Of a stretch of 64,000 nt of DNA, positions 1 through 14,000 are shown piece by piece. The stretch is from sequence record KX130865; one strand, written 5' to 3'. Position 1 is the first letter of the stretch. The number at the start of each line of letters is the position of its first letter. This DNA is from Shigella phage SHSML-52-1. The notes under the pieces were generated by a model. The model was not told the origin of the DNA, searched no databases, and was given only the letters and a program-made list of their open reading frames with translations. The translations under genes and the position numbers were made by a program.

Positions 1-1009
<1,009 letters not shown>

Positions 1010-1831
1010 TTATTGTTTTCTAGGACCAGGAGGGGTTGGTGGAGTCGGGATTGGAATATCATGAGTATAAGTTTGTTCAACTTCACCATTCCAATCTTGT
1101 GCTTCAACGTCTCTCGGTTTAATTTCTGTATCAACTGATTCAAAAACGCTGGCGGCTGTTTGAAGGTCTCGTTCATTAGCATGAAAATCAAGATAAGTCG
1201 TTTTAATAAGGCCTTCAGCTGCGCCTACCGGAGGATACATCCATCCATTTACTTCAAATGTTAATGACCACTCTAAACGTCGACGAGATAAATTATCACC
1301 GTCTATTTGTTCATCCATTGCTGCTGCCATCCATACGACTTTAATATCCCTTTCAAATGGAATATCCTGCCCATATTGCTCAATCATAGTCGTATTAAAA
1401 TGCGGCTGAAAATATGGAATAATTTGCTCAACGATTTGGAACATATCATCTTCATAACGAGTAAAGATGCTCAGTTCAAAAATCATTTTAATTGGTGATG
1501 GGTTGTATTGGTCTACAATATCCTTAGTCGATTTACTCAAAAGAGAGTTATTCAATATATTCGTTTTAAACGTTGGGTTATAAACGAAATCTACCATTTG
1601 GAGATTTATACGTGGTAGAATAGTTTCGACTTTAGCCACATCTTCTTGTGAGTTTATAGAGGTCCATTTATTAAGTTTCATCATAAAGTGCTCTTTAGAT
1701 GCATACGTAATAGGAACTCTAATTAATTTATTGCCTGTAGACAATTGACGGTTAACTTGGATATTTGAAAACAAATCGCCCATCATTGTGATATATCGCC
1801 TGAACGACGAGTTGTAAAAATAGCCAAACAT
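1010..1831 (-). CDS. 15: tail sheath stabiliser / tail terminator gp15
   Basis: 273 aa beginning MFGYFYNSSFRRY, near-identical to the T4 gp15 sequence I recall; synteny. Confidence 0.9.
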   Translation of the reverse strand: MFGYFYNSSFRRYITMMGDLFSNIQVNRQLSTGNKLIRVPITYASKEHFMMKLNKWTSINSQEDVAKVETILPRINLQMVDFVYNPTFKTNILNNSLLSKSTKDIVDQYNPSPIKMIFELSIFTRYEDDMFQIVEQIIPYFQPHFNTTMIEQYGQDIPFERDIKVVWMAAAMDEQIDGDNLSRRRLEWSLTFEVNGWMYPPVGAAEGLIKTTYLDFHANERDLQTAASVFESVDTEIKPRDVEAQDWNGEVEQTYTHDIPIPTPPTPPGPRKQ

Positions 1832-1883
1832 TATTTCTCCTAACCGGTCTTTCGACCGGTGTTTGCTTTATCTTATCTATTTA

Positions 1884-2648
1884 TTAATTCATAAACCCGT
1901 CATCAAATGGTGAATTTTGTCTACCACGGTTGTTAACTACTACATATGGTTCAACGTATTCACTTGCCTCTGAATTGATTTGCTCAACTTCAGAATATTC
2001 ATCGATATTAATGTCATGGATACCGTCAAGATTTCTAACAGGGTTAAGTTCCAAGTCACTAAATTCAGGTATATTGATACCTTCATTTTTCTGAAGCACT
2101 GGATTGATTTCTTCGCCAGAGTAAATAAACTTGCCTGCAGTAATTTTACGAATCGCATTTTTACCTACTTGATAGAATGGGTCATATGGTTCAACCCAGT
2201 TAATCTCAAACAAACTGTTGTCCATTGGGAAGTATATTAAATCACCTTCCTTAGGCTCCTGATTGTTGACCTGGTGTTTGAAAAGACCTGGGTTAATAGA
2301 TAATGTAACTTCGTCTTGAACTTGCATTCCGAAGTTGCTGAAGAACGATTTCGCTCCTTCATAACCTTCAAAAGAGTTCAGATATGCAGCAAATTTCCAT
2401 GCTTTAGTAAATTTATTTTTAAGGTCCTCACCAAAGATAAGGTCCACAGCAACATATTCACGTGGAACATAAAAACATTCAATACCGCGCATCTGTATGC
2501 TTTCTGCCACTAGAACATCAGCTAGGGTTTGACTATTTTCGTATTTGTTGAAGTTCACGTATTTGTTTAAAATCTCGGTCTCATTTGTCTGAGAATACCC
2601 ATCACGATTTTCTAGCTTGGCGAAAAGATTTTTATCATAAGTTGCCAT
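1884..2648 (-). CDS. 14: neck protein gp14
   Basis: 254 aa; T4 order 13-14-15; size matches T4 gp14. Confidence 0.85.
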   Translation of the reverse strand: MATYDKNLFAKLENRDGYSQTNETEILNKYVNFNKYENSQTLADVLVAESIQMRGIECFYVPREYVAVDLIFGEDLKNKFTKAWKFAAYLNSFEGYEGAKSFFSNFGMQVQDEVTLSINPGLFKHQVNNQEPKEGDLIYFPMDNSLFEINWVEPYDPFYQVGKNAIRKITAGKFIYSGEEINPVLQKNEGINIPEFSDLELNPVRNLDGIHDINIDEYSEVEQINSEASEYVEPYVVVNNRGRQNSPFDDGFMN

Positions 2649-2649
2649 A

Positions 2650-3576
2650 TTAACCTACCAAAATACCTGCAGGAGGGTCTAGTAAATATAACTCTTCTCG
2701 TAAAGCTTCTTTCTCTAAACGAGCTTCTTCAATTAATCGAACACCGTCGACAGTGACACCACCCGGTAACATCATACCTTGATGTTTAGCAAGAATTTGT
2801 CCGTTAAGCTCTTTAGCTAATGCAGTTGCATAATCTTTAACCCAGCGGTTGTTATATGCGCCTTGTTTAGTTGCAGGATCTTCACCAACTCGACGTCCGA
2901 CCAAATTATGGTCTGGATTATCATAACGTTCAGAAAGAGACCATGAATCACGAGGACCGACCTGTCCGTACCCTACTGTATTTCCTACCATCTTATGGGT
3001 CTCGATATAAGAGCGAACATACGATTCAACGATAATGACGTCTTTTTGTCTAAAGTTACCCATTACTTTTAATTGCTCGTTTGCAGAGTTAAACCAAAAA
3101 TCTGGAAGAGGAGCAATCATATCTTGAAGCATACCCATATAAGATACTAATTGAGAATAATACCCGAGATCAGCGCCAAAAGCGTTCGGGCCGTAGAATT
3201 TACCACAATTACTACCCATACCACCTGAAACGCCAGCCATTCCTAAAAGGAAATCAGTGAACCATGGATAAGTTGCATTACCATCCATTGAAGTAATAGA
3301 GCCAACGTTTGTTCTTATAATTCTTGTTACAGCAAATACATTAGAACCACGCATATCAAATACGCCATGACGGTATTTTTCTTCGTCATCAACAAAAAAT
3401 ACATGGAAACCTTTATTCAACCCGTCAAAATGGTATTCGCCATAAAGTTCTAACGCTCGTGAAATACAATCATAAATTTGGTCTGTAGTTAATTCAACAT
3501 TTACAATAGGAGCGCCTAAACGACGTAATATTACATCCTTTAATTCTTTAGGGTTTTGTGCATTATAACCTGACAT
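2650..3576 (-). CDS. 13: neck protein gp13
   Basis: 308 aa; synteny between wac and 14; size matches T4 gp13. Confidence 0.85.
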   Translation of the reverse strand: MSGYNAQNPKELKDVILRRLGAPIVNVELTTDQIYDCISRALELYGEYHFDGLNKGFHVFFVDDEEKYRHGVFDMRGSNVFAVTRIIRTNVGSITSMDGNATYPWFTDFLLGMAGVSGGMGSNCGKFYGPNAFGADLGYYSQLVSYMGMLQDMIAPLPDFWFNSANEQLKVMGNFRQKDVIIVESYVRSYIETHKMVGNTVGYGQVGPRDSWSLSERYDNPDHNLVGRRVGEDPATKQGAYNNRWVKDYATALAKELNGQILAKHQGMMLPGGVTVDGVRLIEEARLEKEALREELYLLDPPAGILVG

Positions 3577-3608
3577 ATAAATCCTTTAGGGCCCGAAGGC
3601 CCTTTTCA

Positions 3609-5057
3609 TTAAGCTGTAGGAAGTTCAACCCATGCGCCATCTTTGCGAACATAGAATTTACCGTCTGAAGGAGCATCTTCAATATATCCAGCGTCCTTAA
3701 GAGTTTGGATTTCAGCTTCTGCAGCGGCCAAATCAGTTTCAAGAGTAGCAATTCTAGAAGTTAAACCATTAATTGTCGTATCATGACTTTTAACTGTAGG
3801 CAATATACCGCGTTCTTCAACAGTCGAACCATTTGGGTTGGTGCCATTTATAAGAGTATTTAATGTGTTTACAGAACCCTTAATTCCTGTGGAATTAGTC
3901 CCAACATCAGTTTGAATGTTCTGAATGTCATTACTCATCCCACTGATAGTTCCTTCAAGCTCGCGAGTACGATAAAGCAGAGAGCCGTCTGGTTCCGGTT
4001 TCCCACCTGAAGCGTCAACACCAACTACGTTATTTAACCATGACACATTAAAACGCAGTCCTGACGAAGAATCAGAGCCGACAACAGTGTTCAATGCTCC
4101 GATAGCATCAGTATTGAGTTTAATACGTCCTTGGATTGTAGTAGGCAAATCATCAGCGCCAATGGCAGTTTCTACTGTAGTCAAACGAGGTTTAATACCA
4201 CCTGATTGATTGAGCTCAAGATTAATGTCGTTTATTGCTGAACTATTCGCATTAGTTGTAGTAATAATAGAAGTCGTATTAGGATACCCAATAGACTGTT
4301 TAATGCCATCCAAGTCAGCATTTTGACGCGACAAAGTTAAATCAATACCGGAAAGACGACTAAACACTGGAGTAGTGAAAGAAGTGCGAGGTCCCATTTC
4401 TTCGCGCAAGTGTTCGACTTCAGTAGTTAAAGAGCCGACGTCAGAATCAGCAAATTTAGTTTCTAGATCAGTTAATCGAACACCGTGGTCAACAATTACG
4501 GAGCTATTAGTCATAATACGGCGTTTCATACCAGTGCTATCATTTCCTGGAGTAGGAACCCCATTAATATCTTGACCAGTATATTGTCCTAATTCATTTT
4601 TAATCCAAAGCAGGTCGTTACGAACCGTTCTATAAACTGAATCTTTTTCCTGATTATAAACACCAATATCATCAGTATTCGCATCAATATGTTCATTCAA
4701 ATCATTCAATTCACTAGCATGGGTTTGAACTGTGACTTTAATGACATCAATATCTTGGGTGTTCTGGCCTATCTGTGCAAGAGCATCAACATCCCCAGAA
4801 ACATCTAAAATACCTTGAATAACTTTGATATCTTCATTGGCCGTATTCAAAGAAGATGCTATAGTTTTAATATTAACATCTAACGCTTCTACGTTACGTT
4901 GAACTTCAACAATAGGACGGTTCATTACACCTTCAGAACCGTATTTTGTGTCAGCACCTGTTATTTCTTCATCGTTTTTAATCCATTCAATACGACTCTG
5001 ACCCGCGTCTGGCGGGCCGTCAACATATGGTAAATCTACCAGAGTTATATCAGCCAT
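3609..5057 (-). CDS. wac: fibritin (whisker / neck fibre)
   Basis: 482 aa; coiled-coil body and C-terminal GYIEDAPSDGKFYVRKDGAWVELPTA foldon-like end as in T4 fibritin. Confidence 0.9.
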   Translation of the reverse strand: MADITLVDLPYVDGPPDAGQSRIEWIKNDEEITGADTKYGSEGVMNRPIVEVQRNVEALDVNIKTIASSLNTANEDIKVIQGILDVSGDVDALAQIGQNTQDIDVIKVTVQTHASELNDLNEHIDANTDDIGVYNQEKDSVYRTVRNDLLWIKNELGQYTGQDINGVPTPGNDSTGMKRRIMTNSSVIVDHGVRLTDLETKFADSDVGSLTTEVEHLREEMGPRTSFTTPVFSRLSGIDLTLSRQNADLDGIKQSIGYPNTTSIITTTNANSSAINDINLELNQSGGIKPRLTTVETAIGADDLPTTIQGRIKLNTDAIGALNTVVGSDSSSGLRFNVSWLNNVVGVDASGGKPEPDGSLLYRTRELEGTISGMSNDIQNIQTDVGTNSTGIKGSVNTLNTLINGTNPNGSTVEERGILPTVKSHDTTINGLTSRIATLETDLAAAEAEIQTLKDAGYIEDAPSDGKFYVRKDGAWVELPTA

Positions 5058-6640
5058 TATTTTACCTTAATGATATAGTTTAAAGAAATGTTCCATGGAC
5101 GTGTTTCATTTCCAATTAATTCAGGACGATTTAATGTATATTTGGAATTTCGTTGTGATGCCGGGTCAATTTCATATCCGTCATTGGTGAAGTATGAACG
5201 GTTATCCCAGTCGAGTCCTTTACGTGTACCAACAAAATTTGATCTACGGGTATTACCGAATGCTCCAGAATCATCATGTTCACCAAAACCGCCAGCATGC
5301 TTATGATATGACATCTGTTGTTTCTGTACTTCACCAACATATCCACCAGTACAACCTACACCTAATCTAGGCTTACCAAACTGGTCATTACCATTAACAT
5401 TTGGATTTGTTAAGTGAGAGCCACGACCTGAGCCACGAACAAATAATCCACGCATATCAGGCAAGCCTGGGTTAGAAGAACTACCACCATATCGTGTCCC
5501 AATTCTGGAAGCATATACCGGACATTCTGAAGCAGAAACGGTCCCACCGTGACAGAAGCGCCAGTCAGAACTCGGTAAACTATCTGCAGCCCACATTGTA
5601 ATAGCGCCAACTGGAAGAATTCGGTCTAATTCATTTTGAGTCACAATACGATTGCCTTGAATATAACCACCGGTCATATTGACATTACCCGTTATATTAG
5701 CACCACCAGAACCAACCGTCAACGTATTATTAATGCGAAGCGTGCCATTAATAGTTTGTCCGCCTCGTTGGTGGATAACATCAGCATTCCAAGCAAGGGC
5801 AGAAGAACCATCACCACCTGATTGGTTACCCGCTTGTGTAGTTAAACGAACAACCCCGCGTAAAGAAGTTGTAGCACCACGTCCGTTTAATGTTGCGCCG
5901 GTCACTACAACTGAAGAGTTGTTACTATTTACTTCAGTCTGTGTCCCTAGTTTAACGACACCTTTATTAGTTTCTGATGCTACTGAATTCATAAAGGTAT
6001 AAGGTGAAATTGCATAGCCTTCACGCAGGGTGCCTTGTTGTGCTTGTGCAACTGTAGCTAAACGAACAACACCTGTAATAGATTCGGTGGCGTCACTATT
6101 ATTTGGAGCAATTTGTGAAATAAGTTTAATTGCTAATTGTTGTGTTTTTAACGGGGTCATTGCCGTTGTATCGTCAGAACCAGCTAATGCCGCAGCAGAA
6201 GTTGAAATTTTAATTACACCATTTGTTGCTTCTGTTGATACTTTTGTCTGGAATACATTGTCTATTTTTTGATTCAATTTAAGCGGAGTAATTGATGCAT
6301 CGTCAATAGCTCCGGCTACTGCTTCATCTTCAGTAGCATAACGAGTTAAACCATATTGAGTTTCGGTTGCATTAGGATATTGTAGACGAGCATTCAGTGA
6401 TGCCGGAGTAACAGCTTTACTATTATCTAATCCATCAATAACTTCTTGTGGAGTGGCTATTTGAATAATTCCAGGTGTAGTAGTTGTTGCTTCCGGTACG
6501 CCATTAACACCTGAAGGAGAAATAGCAGCTAATGCGGCTTGGACATTAGTGACTGTATCTGGAAAATTCGACCCAGTAGGGTCGAATTCAACGTAAATAG
6601 ATTCATTTGAAACGTGTTGGTATGTATTGTTATTACTCAT
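5057..6640 (-). CDS. 12: short tail fibre protein gp12
   Basis: 527 aa, identical length to T4 gp12; synteny between 11 and wac. Confidence 0.9.
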   Translation of the reverse strand: MSNNNTYQHVSNESIYVEFDPTGSNFPDTVTNVQAALAAISPSGVNGVPEATTTTPGIIQIATPQEVIDGLDNSKAVTPASLNARLQYPNATETQYGLTRYATEDEAVAGAIDDASITPLKLNQKIDNVFQTKVSTEATNGVIKISTSAAALAGSDDTTAMTPLKTQQLAIKLISQIAPNNSDATESITGVVRLATVAQAQQGTLREGYAISPYTFMNSVASETNKGVVKLGTQTEVNSNNSSVVVTGATLNGRGATTSLRGVVRLTTQAGNQSGGDGSSALAWNADVIHQRGGQTINGTLRINNTLTVGSGGANITGNVNMTGGYIQGNRIVTQNELDRILPVGAITMWAADSLPSSDWRFCHGGTVSASECPVYASRIGTRYGGSSSNPGLPDMRGLFVRGSGRGSHLTNPNVNGNDQFGKPRLGVGCTGGYVGEVQKQQMSYHKHAGGFGEHDDSGAFGNTRRSNFVGTRKGLDWDNRSYFTNDGYEIDPASQRNSKYTLNRPELIGNETRPWNISLNYIIKVK

Positions 6641-7296
6641 GAGGCTCTCACAAAGTGGTAGAAAACGGTAGGAGTATCATGGTTATCAAGAGTAACCGTT
6701 TGGGCACCTAATAAATTCCATGTTCCGTATCCGGATTTTGCTTCAGACAAAATTTCTTGCGAAATTGTTACACCAAACGAAGCATATGTTGGCAACACAT
6801 GACGTTGGTTATCTAAATATGTCACCTGAAGTTTATTACCTTCGGATGGATGGTCTTTATAAGAAGAAATAGCGATTTGATTAGCAATGGCTTCTTGTAA
6901 AGCTATACGAACTTGTGCCGTTAATTCGTTATCAGTCATACCGATTGTTGCTTTAACAGCAAGTCCAAATACGTTAATAACGACTGGCGTTCCAGTGGTC
7001 AAAGTATCGTCGAGAACATCACCAGAAAAAGTCCAATAATCAACTTGTGCTGTACCTTCAGGCGATACGCCTGAAGTGTTTGTGACAACAGTACCAATAT
7101 CAGCTCGTGCCATATTATGGACATCATTTATTGCAGATTCTACGTTAGCATCATAAAAACCACGAGCTAACTGAGAAATAGTCACGGAACCTACAGCTTG
7201 GTTGTTTAAAACATCAATTTGAGCTGGATTTTTTCGGTAATTCAAAAAATCAGCATGACGGGAAATAACTCCCGCCTTTGTATTAAGTACAGTCAT
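6637..7296 (-). CDS. 11: baseplate wedge subunit / tail pin gp11
   Basis: Track ORF starts at a TTG at 7314; I place the start at the ATG at 7296 ([13 protein letters not shown], 219 aa, AAGGA 7 nt upstream), matching the T4 gp11 length; the ATG overlaps the gp10 stop. Confidence 0.85.
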   Translation of the reverse strand: MTVLNTKAGVISRHADFLNYRKNPAQIDVLNNQAVGSVTISQLARGFYDANVESAINDVHNMARADIGTVVTNTSGVSPEGTAQVDYWTFSGDVLDDTLTTGTPVVINVFGLAVKATIGMTDNELTAQVRIALQEAIANQIAISSYKDHPSEGNKLQVTYLDNQRHVLPTYASFGVTISQEILSEAKSGYGTWNLLGAQTVTLDNHDTPTVFYHFVRAS

Positions 7297-9101
7297 TATG
7301 CAATCCTTACCCAACGGTATACAGTTATAGATGGCTGAATATTAGTTATAGAACGCGCTGGAACATGAGATCCATTAGTCTTTGCATGGTCTTCACGATA
7401 TTTAGTGTAAATAGGACCTTCTTCATCCGGGTCATATTGGCAACCGCCTATAATTACTGTACCATTATCATCAGAAATAAGAACCTTTTCATCGGTTTGT
7501 GTAGCTGGTAAATCAGCATTTTCTAATGTGATGGTTGTTACACCAACGGTACCACCTGCGGTATGAGTAGGGTTACCATTGATGTCAAGGTCATTATTAT
7601 TTAATGCAAAATTAGGATCCGATGCGTCATCATTCCAACCGGCTAATACTTTGCCTTGTCCCCAAATTTTCCACGAACCAAAACCTAAATAAGTGGCCGG
7701 ATTATTAGGGTTAACCGCATTTTCGTAAATAGTCCCGACAGGATAAATTGTATCAAATATTGCTGAGATAGTCGAGAATTCACGTTCATACTTAGGAACA
7801 GGTTCTACATTAGGCCATCCAATTTTATCGAAATCGGTTAATGCAACGTCACCAGTAATTTCAATGTTAGACCCTTGAGAAACATATTTCTCATCAGCGA
7901 CATCAAGAATTTCTTCCATTTCAAGAAGAGTTCCTAAATCGTTATTAAACCATGTGATGGTAATAATGTCTTGGTCTTCAAATTGACGGTCAAACAGAAT
8001 TGCGCTAGGGATATTATCAGTATATTCAATCGCATAATCTGTATACGATTGAGTCCATGTCCCACCGAGATTAGCGCATGACTCTTCAGAATCAGCATCC
8101 ACACCTTCACAACGGAAAATAGGAGTTCCAACAGTACCAGCTAATTCTTGGAGAATACCATTGAAGCGAACTTCTAATGAATTCGGGTTAGGTGGTTCTG
8201 TAGGATTAATACCAAATGCTGTAAATGGAATAGACCGGAACGTACTCAAATCAGTGACGTAAATACTTCCGTCAATAGACTTTTTAGCAGTCAATTTACT
8301 ATCTAAAATGCGAACTTGGCGACGAGTATATGAACTACGCCACTGAGAAACACCGTCTAGGAATGTCTCAATTTGTACAGTGTCCCCAACATTACATGGT
8401 TGGCGTAATCTAATATTAAATCCATCAAGTGCAACCAGTTCACCAGGATTAGCACCAGGAGAACCAAAATCACTATTATCACTGAACACATCACCATAAT
8501 ATAATTCGTTGCCACGATGTTTTACGCGAATGTTGTTAACGTTATAAGAGGTCCCGTTAAAAACATCCATGAAATCGGTCTGACCTTGGGTTTCAACCAG
8601 ATATTCTCTACGAGCAACATTACTAATGTCAGAGCTAACTATTTTATCAATTTGTTTGTTCTTGATGTATTCCCAACGTCCAGGAGCACAATAAACTAAT
8701 TCTAAATCAGAGAACTGAACGTTAATTTCTACTGGAGATGAAGAACCTTTAATCGTGTCTCCGTTTGCCGGAATTAAAGTAACAGGGTTAATGTTCCAAG
8801 TTGCAAATACATCACGAGCACGAATAACTTTATTATAGTCTGCAATTGTCCCTTTAGGAAGATTTACCGAAACTCGCCCAGAAGTAGTATTAATTGCATA
8901 AGATTTACCCCAAGCAGCCTTAAGATTAAGACCATCAGCCGCATCATAAGTCTTCCATGCGCCAGCGGCATAAGGAACTTCACCATCACCTAATTCATAA
9001 TAGATTTCGTCGAAGTTCTCATTTATTTTTTCGCCACCTCGACGAAGGTAATCGCCTTGTCCGTCATCAACGACGTTACCAATTTTAATATTTTGTTTCA
9101 T
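7296..9101 (-). CDS. 10: baseplate wedge subunit and tail pin gp10
   Basis: 601 aa (T4 gp10 about 602); synteny. Confidence 0.9.
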   Translation of the reverse strand: MKQNIKIGNVVDDGQGDYLRRGGEKINENFDEIYYELGDGEVPYAAGAWKTYDAADGLNLKAAWGKSYAINTTSGRVSVNLPKGTIADYNKVIRARDVFATWNINPVTLIPANGDTIKGSSSPVEINVQFSDLELVYCAPGRWEYIKNKQIDKIVSSDISNVARREYLVETQGQTDFMDVFNGTSYNVNNIRVKHRGNELYYGDVFSDNSDFGSPGANPGELVALDGFNIRLRQPCNVGDTVQIETFLDGVSQWRSSYTRRQVRILDSKLTAKKSIDGSIYVTDLSTFRSIPFTAFGINPTEPPNPNSLEVRFNGILQELAGTVGTPIFRCEGVDADSEESCANLGGTWTQSYTDYAIEYTDNIPSAILFDRQFEDQDIITITWFNNDLGTLLEMEEILDVADEKYVSQGSNIEITGDVALTDFDKIGWPNVEPVPKYEREFSTISAIFDTIYPVGTIYENAVNPNNPATYLGFGSWKIWGQGKVLAGWNDDASDPNFALNNNDLDINGNPTHTAGGTVGVTTITLENADLPATQTDEKVLISDDNGTVIIGGCQYDPDEEGPIYTKYREDHAKTNGSHVPARSITNIQPSITVYRWVRIA

Positions 9102-9973
9102 TATTGAGCGACCCCAATTTTCTGTGTTGAGATAATTTTAACTGCTGAACGTAATCCAATAATATCGGATGTAATCGTCATAGTAGCAAAGTTGTTAATA
9201 ATACTAAAGCTAATATTAGCAATCTCGTCGGTTTCATCTACGTTACCAACTCGCATTACTGCAAATTCGGTAGAAAGAACTTCTGAGTTAATTGTATCTA
9301 TTAGAATATTTATTTCGCATGTTTTTATTTTTCTACCGTCGGCGGATTGGCATGTAACAAGCAATTTAGCCATATTATAATCTGTGCGATAAAACAGAGG
9401 AATAGAAACTGTGTTTCCTGTAAGACTCCAAGTCCCATCGACAGGAGATTCTTTCTGCCCAAACATGCTATCAGTAGAATAATTCCATACTGAAGTTGGC
9501 CCATTAAGTTCAATACAACGAAGAACAACATGGGTATAAGGGGTGGAAATAACAAGATTATTAAGAACACCTTTAATTGAACCATCAGTTACTTGGATAC
9601 TTAAAGGATTGTTAACAGAAATAGACCCATTAGAGTTTATGAATTCTACAGAGTCACCTAATTCAGGACGGTCAATAATAACAATCACACCACCATCAGA
9701 AGCATCAATATCATGCATAGTGCCTGGTTTAATAGGAGTTTGATAATCGGCTGCCTTTCCTTTTTGATAATAACCTGTGGCATGAATAGTTTGACCTGTA
9801 GGTCCGGTTCCATCTGCTACGGCCATTTTACGTTGATCGCCAAATGCATTGTAAATAGCGTTGATATCGTCATTTATTTTATTACCACCGTCGAATAAGA
9901 TATCACCTGTTGAGGCATTACCAATTTCGCCGGTATCGATTAATTGTTTAGGAGTTTGCTTAAAAAATGCCAT
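9101..9973 (-). CDS. 9: baseplate wedge protein gp9 (long tail fibre socket)
   Basis: 290 aa; synteny between 8 and 10; late promoter immediately upstream. Confidence 0.85.
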   Translation of the reverse strand: MAFFKQTPKQLIDTGEIGNASTGDILFDGGNKINDDINAIYNAFGDQRKMAVADGTGPTGQTIHATGYYQKGKAADYQTPIKPGTMHDIDASDGGVIVIIDRPELGDSVEFINSNGSISVNNPLSIQVTDGSIKGVLNNLVISTPYTHVVLRCIELNGPTSVWNYSTDSMFGQKESPVDGTWSLTGNTVSIPLFYRTDYNMAKLLVTCQSADGRKIKTCEINILIDTINSEVLSTEFAVMRVGNVDETDEIANISFSIINNFATMTITSDIIGLRSAVKIISTQKIGVAQ

Positions 9974-10005
9974 AATTCTGCCTTTTGTTGTCCGATATTA
10001 TATTC

Positions 10006-10013
10006 TATTTATA
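10006..10013 (-). promoter_or_regulatory. T4-type late promoter TATAAATA (for gene 9)
   Basis: Plus strand TATTTATA at 10006-10013, between the gene 8 stop and the gene 9 start. Confidence 0.55.
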
Positions 10014-10017
10014 GATA

Positions 10018-10042
10018 CAAAAATGGGAGCCCGAAGGCTCCC
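10018..10042 (-). terminator. intrinsic terminator downstream of gene 8
   Basis: GGGAGCC-UUCG-GGCUCCC hairpin followed on the minus strand by AUUUUUGUA. Confidence 0.55.
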
Positions 10043-10045
10043 TAA

Positions 10046-11050
10046 TTAAAACATAAACAAAATGTTAATTTCTTCTGTTTGGTCCATTGCCATAATAACA
10101 GGTGGGCGGTTTTCCATATAAATCATTTCACCAGAATGACGTTGTAGGTCTCTAGGGTCGTAATAATCCTTTTCTGCTTTAACATTAGGGTCATTTGGAT
10201 TTTTCTTAGCTTCTAATGGGTTTGCGATAATTGATATCTGTCTAAACCCCTTGTTACCAGGCAAAGCTGCCTCAGGGAAATAAACCGAATCAAAATATGC
10301 TTTAAAGCGCATCGTATTAGCTTTAACACGGTAAATCAAGCCGTAGTCATCTTGTTGCCAAGTTAAGTTATTTTCATATCCCCAACGGGTGGGGTCTTCT
10401 TTAATTTCTTCCGGCCATGGAACTACAAGATATTCGTTAGTGCAACGGTTAATTGACACATCGGCAGGAATCTCATAAAGATATTCCCAAATATATCCAT
10501 CACCGGTTTCGATAACCCCATTAGCATCGCCTCTGCCTTCAGGAGGAGACATAGAACGAACAGACGGGGTCCATTTACCACCTAATTTAAGACATTCATC
10601 TTTATTATCTAAAGATTCTATTGAACAGAGCCCTACGTCAGGGACATCTAAACAACGGTAAATTAACCAACCGGCTCCAACTTCTGTCGCGTTGTACGGA
10701 GCAGTATTACATGCGACTATATCGTTAATTCTAAACGTGTAAGGGTCTGGATATCGCACATCTCCCCAATCACGTCTAGGAATAACAGAATCTAACATTG
10801 AAGGTAAAACTTTAACGGTACCCATCATATGGGTCCACATATCAGTAACACCAAGAACAGAATCTGTAGGATAAGGTGGGGCGAAGCCCACCTCATTTTC
10901 ATTTGACGCCCAAGGCTCTGAACGTCCAAACGTAATATAAATGGAGTTCTTATCATCTCCATCCCCAACTGAATTATAAAAATTCAGCATTTTCTCTGTT
11001 CTAAATTTTGATGTAACTATTGCACGATAGATAACACTTGAATCATTCAT
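10046..11050 (-). CDS. 8: baseplate wedge subunit gp8
   Basis: 334 aa, same length as T4 gp8; synteny. Confidence 0.9.
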   Translation of the reverse strand: MNDSSVIYRAIVTSKFRTEKMLNFYNSVGDGDDKNSIYITFGRSEPWASNENEVGFAPPYPTDSVLGVTDMWTHMMGTVKVLPSMLDSVIPRRDWGDVRYPDPYTFRINDIVACNTAPYNATEVGAGWLIYRCLDVPDVGLCSIESLDNKDECLKLGGKWTPSVRSMSPPEGRGDANGVIETGDGYIWEYLYEIPADVSINRCTNEYLVVPWPEEIKEDPTRWGYENNLTWQQDDYGLIYRVKANTMRFKAYFDSVYFPEAALPGNKGFRQISIIANPLEAKKNPNDPNVKAEKDYYDPRDLQRHSGEMIYMENRPPVIMAMDQTEEINILFMF

Positions 11051-14000
11051 CTAATTTAACCTGTGGTGGATTCACGGGGTCTCTTGGATTTCCTACATTA
11101 TCGATTAACCGTTGTTCAACCAAATCTCTAAATCTAGAGAATGTTGTTCCGGACGCATCAAATAATGGGCTCATCAGTTTACGTCGTTCCGATGGAAGTT
11201 GACCTTGAAATATGGAGTTATTGTTTTCAGCGTTATAATCTTCAGGCAATGGATAATCTTGACCAGCCATAGGGCCTATTTCATATATCGCTTTACCTGT
11301 AATAGGGTCAAACTCAACATTTCCTTGTGGGTCTAATTTAGCCACTCGGTCTGCATATTTAGTCGGTAATCCAGAATCCCACTTATAGTTTTTGTATTTA
11401 TTAATAATGGTTTCAACATGTTTAAGTGTTAATCCGGTGTTAATAAACATTGTGAGAAGGGTAATTGCGATAAATCCAAATCCAACCGGATGAACAAAAC
11501 GTAATACGTCTGATTTCCAACGAGATGATGGAAGTTTAGATTTAATCTTCATTACGTAGTATGCTCTACCACGATTTATGTAATCGATGTTGTTCTGAGA
11601 AAGCTCTTTACCTTTAATACCACGAACAATTTCACCTTCAAAACCCGGGAGTCTTTCAGCTTTAACTTCCTGTCCTTGGATTAAACGACCTAAGAGGTTG
11701 TGAATTGTTACAGTCCATTGTAATTTACCTTTAGAGTAACTTCTCTCGATATACGTCACATTACAACGTCCTGTAGCGGTGTATATGGTTTGTCCGACCA
11801 AATCTTCTGTCAACGAATCAGATTCAATGATGATATCATATTCGGTCCCGGAACTAGATTCAATTTCAATTTCAACATCTTCGTTATAAAGCACTTTAAA
11901 CAAGAATTTATATGACGCTTCAGTTCCTTTAGTTGAATAGAAGTCATAACTTCTTGATTCAAAGAAACGAGACACTAAATCGCGTTTTTCGGCGTTTAAG
12001 TAAATGTTTCGTTTATAAATCTCAGACCATAAATATTCCCACGCATGTTCTTCTCGCGGATATTGATTTTTAATAAGATTCAAAAGGTTGTTATAATGGG
12101 TCCCATAACCGTCAGAAAGATACTGAATATAAGCCTCGCAGAATGCTTCGAAGTTTGTATTATCTAAAAGATAAGACTCCGGCATCATTGTAGTGAGCAA
12201 TGGTCGTAAATCTGGGTCCGCAATGCCGTTCTCTTCTACAGGAGTCCATGTGGTATCTTTTTCTTGGTTTTGTAACGATGCTGTTAAGAATATATTAGTA
12301 GGCTTCCAAATTATAGAAACATTATCTCTAACACGATAACTAAAATCATAATAAGAAATAATCTCACCTGATGATTTATAGAAAATCATGCCGGATGCAT
12401 ATTTTTTAAATCCGGTGAAATCCACGTTAGGCATCACTATTGTACAGTCACCGTCCTTCCAATATTCATGAACTTCACGGTCTGAAGAACTAAGTGGATG
12501 ATTCTCAATAACCTTAGTGTAAAGTAAATCAGAATAAATTACAACGGCCTTGTCTGAGTTATTAATCCAACAACGAGTACCAGACTTTCTAGAATAACTA
12601 AAGAATGGCTCAGCATAGTATTCCATCGGTTGAGGAGTGAACGATTCCCATTGAGAGTCTTCAGTTGAAATAAATGCCATCATATGATAATGTTTATCAG
12701 CCAACCATTCGCGAGGATACTCATATTTAACAGCACCGATTAAACCGTACTTGATTTGTGTTTTTGGGTCATCAACAATATCCGATTCTAGAAATTTAAA
12801 ATTACTAGATGAAATAGATAACTCAACACCATCAGTAGACATACTGGTGTACCCAGGTTCAATACGACGGCGTTCTTCTTCAGTATTACCAAACACACGT
12901 TTAAATGTGCCAGCATCATGGTCTAGAACGTAAACGCCCTTATCAGCAGAATCAACAATAGGAGTGGTCCTCGGGTCGTCATTAAGATTAACAACTTCGC
13001 CGATAATCAGTGCAAATATTTTACCGCCAACAGAATCCATTTTATAGCAAACTGCCTTAGGGTTACCTGTGATGTTAAATGTTTCTTGTTCAAACAAACG
13101 TTCGGAATATGTCGGAGATAACGGGTCTGAATCAATAGGGGCATTACTAGTTTTAATAAAACGAACTTTATCTCGAGCAGCAACGTATACATAATCGTCG
13201 TTGCAAACGATAGCTTCTGCAATACGTGATACGTTAGCAGGTAATGATGCGTAGTTACCAAATATTTCTACATCAAATCCTAAATTTAACTGGTCACCAA
13301 TTTTAGCAAATGTTATATCTTGAGAACTAAATCTCACATCATCAGCAGACCAACGAACGTCAGTTGATTTACGGCCGTAAAATAATTTATCATACCCAAG
13401 AACATACGTGGTATAACCTGTTTGGTAATACACTGTTCTTGATACAGGGTACCCTACACGGTCATTAAACAATTTAACCGATTTCCAGGTTTGTCCCTTA
13501 TCATTAGAGACTTTAACCACAGGCTGATACCGTTCAAACAAATAAAGAATTCCTTCAGATTCCATCAAATAAACACGGTTTATATCATGACACACCTGTT
13601 GAATCGAACCTTGAATTTCATGATACTCATTTTCGCCAATAATGAAATTTTTAATAGATGAAATATCCGCATAAGCAGGGCTAAATTGGAACGATTCATT
13701 CATTAGAGCTGCCATTATAGTGTCGTTATTAAAATCGACATAAGCCATGTTGTTATTTGTAAATTTTTCTCTAATAAAAGTGTTAGCCAATTGCATTTCA
13801 ATCATATGTTGAAATGTATACGCGTTAGTCTGAAATGATTCAAATATTTCGGTGTATACCCAATCAGATCTCTCGAAGCCTTCAGCGGCAGTTGATACAC
13901 GAATAATATAAGAAGTTAATGGGTCTAAGCTACTTTCGAACCAGTTGCTATTAGGAGTATATCCTAAATTTATCCATCTGTAGCTGGCAGGAGGAATTAT

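Noticed and set aside
3577-3608. GGGCC-CGAA-GGCCC hairpin between wac and gene 13 (and ACCGGTC...GACCGGT at 1843-1861 upstream of gene 15) as intrinsic terminators
   Set aside because: On the transcribed minus strand they are not followed by a U-tract and are directly followed by the SD of the next gene; more likely RNA stability or translational elements.
5679-6002. Plus-strand ORFs inside the structural module (for example 5679-6002, 8517-8699, 12751-12933, 17085-17405)
   Set aside because: Embedded in minus-strand structural genes that match T4 proteins end to end; no independent start signals.
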